The notes under the pieces are model-generated. The model was not told where the DNA came from and ran no database searches. It saw only the letters and a program-made list of their open reading frames with translations. Made by a program: the position numbers and the translations under genes. Below, in pieces: positions 57,432-64,000 of a stretch of 64,000 bases of DNA; the stretch's first letter is position 1; every line of letters starts with the position of its first letter. Where the stretch lies: NCBI RefSeq assembly GCF_056746865.1, contig NZ_CM163382.1. The stretch is one strand, 5' to 3'.

Positions 57432-60298
57432 TCATCCACTTTACTTTAAATGGCGCGCCTCAGGAGCTAACCGTTAATCCAGGCGAAAACGTGCAAAAGC
57501 TGTTGTTTAACATGGGAATGCACTCTGTACGCAACAGTGATGATGGCTTTGGGTTTGCCGGTTCTGACGCAATTATCTTTAACGGTAATATCGTTAACGC
57601 GTCCTTGCTTATCGCCGCACAGTTAGAGAAGGCAGATATTCGTACTGCAGAATCTCTGGGCAAATGGAATGAGTTAAGTCTGGTTCAACAGGCCATGGTT
57701 GATGTTGGCGTGGTGCAGTCTGGTTATAACGATCCAGCTGCGGCTCTGATTATCACCGATCTTCTCGATCGCATCGACGCACCTACCCGCGAAGAGATCG
57801 ACGATGCACTCTCAGGTCTGTTTAGCCGCGATGCTGGCTGGCAGCAATACTATCAGGTCATTGAACTGGCGGTTGCACGTAAAAATAATCCGCAGGCCAC
57901 CATTGATATCGCTCCGACTTTCCGTGACGACCTTGAAGTCATTGGCAAGCATTATCCTAAAACTGATGCCGCGAAAATGGTGCAGGCGAAACCCTGCTAT
58001 GTTGAAGACCGCGTAACGGCTGACGCCTGCGTCATTAAAATGTTACGTAGCCCACACGCTCACGCACTGATTACTCATCTGGATGTCAGCAAAGCTGAAG
58101 CCTTACCGGGCGTTGTTCACGTTATTACTCACCTGAATTGCCCGGATATCTACTATACCCCGGGCGGTCAGAGCGCACCGGAACCGTCACCGCTTGACCG
58201 CCGTATGTTCGGTAAGAAAATGCGTCACGTCGGCGATCGCGTTGCTGCGGTCGTCGCAGAAAGTGAAGAAATTGCGCTCGAAGCACTGAAGCTCATCGAC
58301 GTTGAATATGAAGTGCTTAAGCCGGTAATGTCGATCGACGAAGCAATGGCGGAAGATGCGCCTGTCGTGCACGATGAACCGGTGGTGTATGTTGCTGGTG
58401 CGCCAGATACTCTGGAAGACGATAACAGCCATGCAGCCCAGCGCGGCGAGCATATGATCATCAACTTCCCGATCGGTTCTCGCCCTCGCAAAAATATCGC
58501 CGCCAGTATTCATGGTCATATTGGCGATATGGACAAAGGCTTTGCCGATGCCGATGTGATCATTGAGCGAACCTATAACTCAACGCAGGCGCAGCAGTGC
58601 CCGACTGAAACACATATCTGCTTTACCCGTATGGACGGCGATCGTCTGGTTATCCACGCCTCCACCCAGGTACCATGGCACTTACGCCGCCAGGTCGCGC
58701 GCCTCGTGGGCATGAAACAACATAAAGTTCATGTCATTAAAGAGCGAGTTGGCGGCGGTTTTGGGTCTAAACAGGACATCCTGCTGGAAGAAGTGTGCGC
58801 TTGGGCAACCTGCGTGACCGGGCGTCCGGTACTGTTCCGCTACACCCGTGAAGAAGAGTTTATTGCTAACACCTCTCGTCACGTCGCGAAAGTCACCGTC
58901 AAACTGGGAGCGAAAAAAGATGGTCGCCTGACGGCAGTGAAGATGGATTTCCGCGCCAACACTGGCCCTTACGGCAACCACTCACTCACCGTACCGTGTA
59001 ACGGACCGGCGCTGTCGCTGCCGTTATATCCGTGCGATAACGTCGATTTCCAGGTCACCACCTACTACAGCAACATTTGCCCAAATGGTGCTTATCAGGG
59101 TTATGGCGCACCGAAAGGTAACTTCGCTATCACCATGGCATTAGCGGAACTGGCTGAACAGTTACAGATCGACCAACTGGAAATTATCGAACGTAACCGG
59201 GTACACGAAGGGCAAGAGCTGAAAATTCTCGGTGCAATCGGTGAAGGTAAAGCGCCGACCTCCGTTCCTTCCGCCGCCAGCTGCGCACTGGAAGAGATCC
59301 TGCGTCAGGGTCGCGAGATGATCCAATGGTCTTCACCGAAACCGCAAAATGGTGACTGGCACATCGGTCGCGGCGTCGCCATTATCATGCAGAAATCGGG
59401 TATCCCGGATATCGATCAGGCTAACTGTATGATCAAACTGGAATCGGACGGCACCTTTATCGTTCATTCTGGCGGTGCGGATATTGGTACTGGTCTGGAT
59501 ACTGTAGTGACGAAACTGGCAGCAGAAGTGCTGCACTGCCCACCGCAGGACGTGCATGTTATCTCCGGTGATACCGATCATGCGTTGTTTGATAAAGGCG
59601 CATATGCCTCGTCCGGTACTTGCTTCTCGGGTAACGCGGCGCGTTTGGCAGCGGAAAATCTGCGGGAGAAAATTCTGTTCCACGGCGCGCAAATGTTGGG
59701 TGAGCCAGTGGCAGATGTTCAACTAGCAACGCCGGGCGTCGTTCGCGGCAAGAAAGGCGAAGTTAGTTTCGGGGATATTGCCCATAAAGGCGAAACCGGC
59801 ACCGGCTTTGGTTCACTGGTGGGAACTGGCAGTTATATCACGCCTGATTTCGCCTTCCCGTATGGCGCGAACTTCGCTGAAGTTGCCGTCAATACGCGTA
59901 CGGGTGAAATCCGCCTGGATAAATTCTACGCCTTGCTGGACTGCGGTACACCGGTCAATCCAGAGTTAGCGTTGGGACAAATCTACGGTGCTACCCTACG
60001 TGCTATCGGCCACAGTATGAGCGAAGAAATCATTTATGACGCCGAAGGTCACCCGTTAACGCGTGATTTACGCAGTTATGGCGCACCGAAAATAGGCGAT
60101 ATTCCGCGTGATTTCCGCGCTGTGCTGGTGCCGAGCGACGATAAAGTCGGCCCGTTCGGGGCGAAATCGATCTCGGAAATCGGTGTAAATGGCGCAGCTC
60201 CGGCGATTGCTACCGCAATTCACGATGCCTGCGGCATCTGGTTACGCGAATGGCATTTCACACCGGAGAAAATACTCACCGCGCTGGAAAAAATATAA
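57428..60298 (+). CDS. xdhD: Molybdopterin-dependent oxidoreductase (xanthine dehydrogenase family) with N-terminal Fe-S-like domain
   Basis: 956 aa ORF; aldehyde-oxidase/xanthine-dehydrogenase-like; synteny. Confidence 0.85.
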   Translation: MIIHFTLNGAPQELTVNPGENVQKLLFNMGMHSVRNSDDGFGFAGSDAIIFNGNIVNASLLIAAQLEKADIRTAESLGKWNELSLVQQAMVDVGVVQSGYNDPAAALIITDLLDRIDAPTREEIDDALSGLFSRDAGWQQYYQVIELAVARKNNPQATIDIAPTFRDDLEVIGKHYPKTDAAKMVQAKPCYVEDRVTADACVIKMLRSPHAHALITHLDVSKAEALPGVVHVITHLNCPDIYYTPGGQSAPEPSPLDRRMFGKKMRHVGDRVAAVVAESEEIALEALKLIDVEYEVLKPVMSIDEAMAEDAPVVHDEPVVYVAGAPDTLEDDNSHAAQRGEHMIINFPIGSRPRKNIAASIHGHIGDMDKGFADADVIIERTYNSTQAQQCPTETHICFTRMDGDRLVIHASTQVPWHLRRQVARLVGMKQHKVHVIKERVGGGFGSKQDILLEEVCAWATCVTGRPVLFRYTREEEFIANTSRHVAKVTVKLGAKKDGRLTAVKMDFRANTGPYGNHSLTVPCNGPALSLPLYPCDNVDFQVTTYYSNICPNGAYQGYGAPKGNFAITMALAELAEQLQIDQLEIIERNRVHEGQELKILGAIGEGKAPTSVPSAASCALEEILRQGREMIQWSSPKPQNGDWHIGRGVAIIMQKSGIPDIDQANCMIKLESDGTFIVHSGGADIGTGLDTVVTKLAAEVLHCPPQDVHVISGDTDHALFDKGAYASSGTCFSGNAARLAAENLREKILFHGAQMLGEPVADVQLATPGVVRGKKGEVSFGDIAHKGETGTGFGSLVGTGSYITPDFAFPYGANFAEVAVNTRTGEIRLDKFYALLDCGTPVNPELALGQIYGATLRAIGHSMSEEIIYDAEGHPLTRDLRSYGAPKIGDIPRDFRAVLVPSDDKVGPFGAKSISEIGVNGAAPAIATAIHDACGIWLREWHFTPEKILTALEKI

Positions 60299-60462
60299 GT
60301 AATAAATGGCCGCTTCGGCGGCCTGTTTCTCTGTTTGAACGACGACCAAATAGTGACTGCGAAAATGAGATAAGCCGTTCTCAAGGCGTCCTGCGCCCCA
60401 AATTCGTGGGAATTTATTTTACTGATTCAGATGATCAAATTTACTTTAAAAGGAGTGAAGGG

Positions 60463-61863
60463 ATGTCTGATATAAACCATGCAGGTTCTGACCTTATATT
60501 TGAACTGGAGGATCGCCCTCCCTTTCATCAGGCTCTCGTTGGTGCCATTACCCATCTGTTGGCAATTTTCGTTCCGATGGTAACCCCCGCGTTAATCGTG
60601 GGTGCGGCCTTACAGCTTTCCGCTGAAACAACTGCCTATCTTGTTTCAATGGCGATGATCGCCTCTGGTATTGGTACCTGGTTACAAGTAAACCGCTATG
60701 GCATCGTCGGTTCTGGCCTACTCTCAATTCAGTCAGTCAATTTTTCATTTGTTACGGTCATGATTGCGCTGGGCAGCAGCATGAAAAGCGACGGTTTTCA
60801 CGAAGAGTTAATCATGTCGTCGCTCCTCGGCGTCTCCTTCGTTGGCGCATTTCTGGTTGTCGGCTCTTCTTTTATCCTGCCCTATTTACGTCGGGTTATT
60901 ACGCCTACCGTCAGCGGCATTGTGGTGCTGATGATCGGCTTAAGCCTGATTAAAGTCGGCATTATCGATTTTGGTGGAGGATTTGCAGCCAAAAGCAGCG
61001 GTACATTCGGCAATTACGAACATCTCGGCGTTGGTTTATTGGTTTTGATTGTGGTGATCGGCTTTAACTGCTGTCGCAGTCCGTTGCTACGCATGGGAGG
61101 GATCGCCATTGGGCTATGTGTCGGCTATATCGCATCGTTATGCCTGGGCATGGTGGATTTCAGCAGTATGCGCAATTTGCCGTTAATCACCATCCCACAT
61201 CCGTTCAAATACGGCTTTAGTTTTAGCTTCCATCAGTTCCTGGTGGTTGGCACGATTTATCTGCTTAGCGTGCTGGAAGCTGTCGGCGATATCACCGCCA
61301 CGGCAATGGTTTCCCGCCGCCCCATTCAGGGGGAAGAGTATCAGTCCCGACTGAAAGGCGGCGTGCTGGCAGACGGTCTGGTTTCTGTTATCGCCTCCGC
61401 TGTCGGATCATTACCCTTAACCACATTTGCGCAAAATAATGGGGTTATTCAGATGACTGGCGTCGCTTCACGTTATGTCGGGCGAACCATCGCGGTAATG
61501 CTGGTTATCCTCGGCTTATTTCCGATGATTGGCGGCTTCTTCACGACCATTCCCTCGGCTGTTCTGGGAGGCGCAATGACGTTGATGTTTTCCATGATTG
61601 CTATCGCTGGGATTCGCATCATCATCACCAACGGTTTAAAGCGCCGAGAAACACTTATTGTCGCCACTTCTTTAGGTTTAGGGCTTGGCGTCTCCTACGA
61701 TCCCGAAATTTTTAAAATATTGCCAGCCTCTATTTATGTACTAGTTGAAAACCCTATTTGTGCTGGCGGGTTAACTGCGATTTTATTAAATATTATCCTC
61801 CCTGGTGGCTACCGACAGGAAAACGTTCTGCCTGGTATTACCTCAGCGGAAGAGATGGATTAA
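60463..61863 (+). CDS. xanQ: Xanthine permease (NCS2/NAT family)
   Basis: ORF 60250..61863; start at MSDINHAG (SD aaggag upstream) gives 466 aa, a multi-pass membrane protein. Confidence 0.85.
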   Translation: MSDINHAGSDLIFELEDRPPFHQALVGAITHLLAIFVPMVTPALIVGAALQLSAETTAYLVSMAMIASGIGTWLQVNRYGIVGSGLLSIQSVNFSFVTVMIALGSSMKSDGFHEELIMSSLLGVSFVGAFLVVGSSFILPYLRRVITPTVSGIVVLMIGLSLIKVGIIDFGGGFAAKSSGTFGNYEHLGVGLLVLIVVIGFNCCRSPLLRMGGIAIGLCVGYIASLCLGMVDFSSMRNLPLITIPHPFKYGFSFSFHQFLVVGTIYLLSVLEAVGDITATAMVSRRPIQGEEYQSRLKGGVLADGLVSVIASAVGSLPLTTFAQNNGVIQMTGVASRYVGRTIAVMLVILGLFPMIGGFFTTIPSAVLGGAMTLMFSMIAIAGIRIIITNGLKRRETLIVATSLGLGLGVSYDPEIFKILPASIYVLVENPICAGGLTAILLNIILPGGYRQENVLPGITSAEEMD

Positions 61864-61877
61864 CAGTAAAGGAGTCA

Positions 61878-63197
61878 ATGATGTCAGGAGAACACACGTT
61901 AAAAGCGGTACGAGGCAGTTTTATTGATGTCACCCGTACAGTCGATAACCCGGAAGAGATTGCCTCTGCGCTGCGGTTTATTGAGGATGGTTTATTACTC
62001 ATTAAACAAGGAAAAGTGGAATGGTTTGGCGAATGGGAAGACGGAAAGCATCAAATTCCTGACACTATTCGCGTGCGCGACTATCGCGGCAAACTGATAG
62101 TACCGGGCTTTGTCGATACACATATCCATTATCCGCAAAGTGAAATGGTGGGGGCCTATGGTGAACAATTGCTGGAGTGGTTGAATAAACACACCTTCCC
62201 TACTGAACGTCGTTATGAGGATTTAGAGTACGCCCGCGAAATGTCGGCGTTCTTCATCAAGCAGCTTTTACGTAACGGAACCACCACGGCGCTGGTGTTT
62301 GGCACTGTTCATCCGCAATCCGTTGATGCGCTGTTTGAAGCCGCCAGCCATATCAATATGCGTATGATTGCCGGTAAGGTGATGATGGACCGCAACGCAC
62401 CGGATTATCTGCTCGACACTGCCGAAAGCAGCTATCACCAAAGCAAAGAACTGATCGAGCGCTGGCACAAAAATGGTCGTCTGTTGTATGCGATTACGCC
62501 ACGCTTCGCCCCTACCTCATCTCCTGAACAGATGGCGATGGCGAAACACCTGAAAGAAGAATATCCGGATACGTGGGTACATACCCATCTCTGTGAAAAC
62601 AAAGATGAAATTGCCTGGGTGAAATCGCTTTATCCTGACCATGATGGTTATCTGGATGTTTACCATCAGTACGGCCTGACCGGTAAAAACTGTGTCTTTG
62701 CTCACTGCGTCCATCTCGAAGAAAAAGAGTGGGATCGTCTTAGCGAAACCAAATCCAGCATTGCTTTCTGTCCGACCTCCAACCTTTACCTCGGCAGCGG
62801 CTTATTCAACTTGAAAAAAGCATGGCAGAAGAAAGTCAAAGTGGGCATGGGAACGGATATCGGTGCCGGAACAACTTTCAACATGCTGCAAACGCTAAAC
62901 GAAGCCTACAAAGTGTTGCAACTACAAGGCTATCGCCTCTCGGCATATGAAGCGTTTTACCTGGCCACGCTCGGCGGAGCGAAATCTCTGGGCCTTGACG
63001 ATTTGATTGGCAACTTTTTACCTGGCAAAGAGGCTGATTTCGTGGTGATGGAACCCACCGCCACTCCGCTACAGCAGCTGCGCTATGACAACTCTGTTTC
63101 TTTAGTCGACAAATTGTTCGTGATGATGACGTTGGGCGATGACCGTTCGATCTACCGCACCTACGTTGATGGTCGTCTGGTATACGAACGCAACTAA
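61878..63197 (+). CDS. guaD: Guanine deaminase
   Basis: ORF 61758..63197; start at MMSGEHTLKA (SD ggag upstream) gives 439 aa with amidohydrolase motif VDTHIHYPQ. Confidence 0.9.
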   Translation: MMSGEHTLKAVRGSFIDVTRTVDNPEEIASALRFIEDGLLLIKQGKVEWFGEWEDGKHQIPDTIRVRDYRGKLIVPGFVDTHIHYPQSEMVGAYGEQLLEWLNKHTFPTERRYEDLEYAREMSAFFIKQLLRNGTTTALVFGTVHPQSVDALFEAASHINMRMIAGKVMMDRNAPDYLLDTAESSYHQSKELIERWHKNGRLLYAITPRFAPTSSPEQMAMAKHLKEEYPDTWVHTHLCENKDEIAWVKSLYPDHDGYLDVYHQYGLTGKNCVFAHCVHLEEKEWDRLSETKSSIAFCPTSNLYLGSGLFNLKKAWQKKVKVGMGTDIGAGTTFNMLQTLNEAYKVLQLQGYRLSAYEAFYLATLGGAKSLGLDDLIGNFLPGKEADFVVMEPTATPLQQLRYDNSVSLVDKLFVMMTLGDDRSIYRTYVDGRLVYERN

Positions 63198-63233
63198 TAA
63201 TAAAACTTTAACATCCTCGTGAGGACATCATTA

Positions 63234-64000
63234 TGTCTGGAGACATCCTACAAACACCGGACGCACCAAAGCCACAGGGCGCGCTGGATAATTATTTTAA
63301 AATTACCGCTCGTGGCAGTACCGTTCGTCAGGAAGTACTGGCTGGCTTAACGACCTTTCTGGCCATGGTTTATTCCGTTATCGTCGTTCCGGGAATGCTG
63401 GGCAAAGCAGGTTTTCCTCCCGCAGCTGTGTTTGTTGCCACCTGTCTGGTCGCGGGCTTCGGCTCGTTGCTGATGGGATTATGGGCCAATTTGCCAATGG
63501 CGATTGGTTGCGCGATTTCCTTGACGGCGTTTACCGCATTCAGTCTGGTTCTCGGGCAACAAATTAGCGTTCCTGTCGCACTGGGCGCGGTCTTTCTGAT
63601 GGGCGTCATCTTCACCGCCATTTCCGTAACCGGTGTGCGTACCTGGATCTTACGTAATTTGCCCATGGGGATCGCTCACGGTACAGGTATCGGTATCGGC
63701 CTGTTTCTGCTGCTGATTGCTGCTAACGGTGTGGGAATGGTTATCAAAAACCCGATTGAAGGCTTGCCAGTGGCGCTCGGTGCGTTTACCTCCTTCCCGG
63801 TGATGATGAGCTTGCTGGGGCTGGCGGTCATCTTCGGTCTGGAAAAGTGTCGCGTACCCGGCGGGATCTTGTTGGTGATTATTGCAATTTCGATCATCGG
63901 CTTAATCTTTGACCCAGCGGTGAAATACCACGGTCTGGTGGCGATGCCAAGCCTGACTGGCGAAGATGGTAAGTCTCTGATTTTCAGCCTCGATATTATG
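63234..64000 (+). CDS. ghxQ: Guanine/hypoxanthine permease (NCS2 family), 5' part; gene continues beyond window
   Basis: ORF starting [49 protein letters not shown], hydrophobic throughout, and runs off the 3' end. Confidence 0.8.

Noticed and set aside
1-64000. CRISPR array
   Set aside because: I looked for regularly spaced 28-29 bp direct repeats, including the E. coli I-E repeat core ccccgcg...cgggg, and found none; the only cgcgggg/ccccgcg pair is the IS186 target palindrome.

Overview
This window looks like an Escherichia coli-type chromosome, with gene content and order matching (from memory, not a search) the K-12 cysJIH/cas neighbourhood on the left and the glyU-ygeR-xdh-ygf purine-catabolism cluster on the right. 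Left part (1-15.6 kb): ygcQ(partial)-ygcP-ygcO-ygcN, queD, cysJIH, a Hok-family toxin ORF, an IS186 insertion, then a type I-E cas operon (cas3-cse1-cse2-cas7) that stops about 25 codons into cas5. No cas6e, cas1, cas2 or CRISPR array is present in the window. Middle (about 15.6-35.1 kb): a roughly 19.5 kb integrative element abutting tRNA-Gly(CCC). It carries a P4-family tyrosine integrase, an AlpA-like regulator, Bro-N and antirepressor-like proteins, an RHH regulator, a TOPRIM/P-loop primase-helicase, SSB, two clusters of the same GCGGGTTAT iteron about 11 kb apart, and an IS200/IS605 element (tnpA/tnpB). Its cargo is a tightly coupled operon of two very large proteins (915 and 1129 aa) plus a secreted Cys-rich 283 aa protein, none of which I can assign to a known family; this is the best candidate for an undescribed system. 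Right part (35.2-64 kb): ygeR, xdhABC, ygeV, ygeW-ygeX-ygeY-hyuA-yqeA, yqeB-yqeC, ygfJ, ygfK-ssnA-ygfM-xdhD, xanQ, guaD and partial ghxQ. The left block is inverted relative to the right block compared with the K-12 order, and the breakpoint in cas5 shares an 11-nt identity with the tRNA-Gly 3' region. All homology statements rest on reading the translations and on remembered family motifs; no database search was run.
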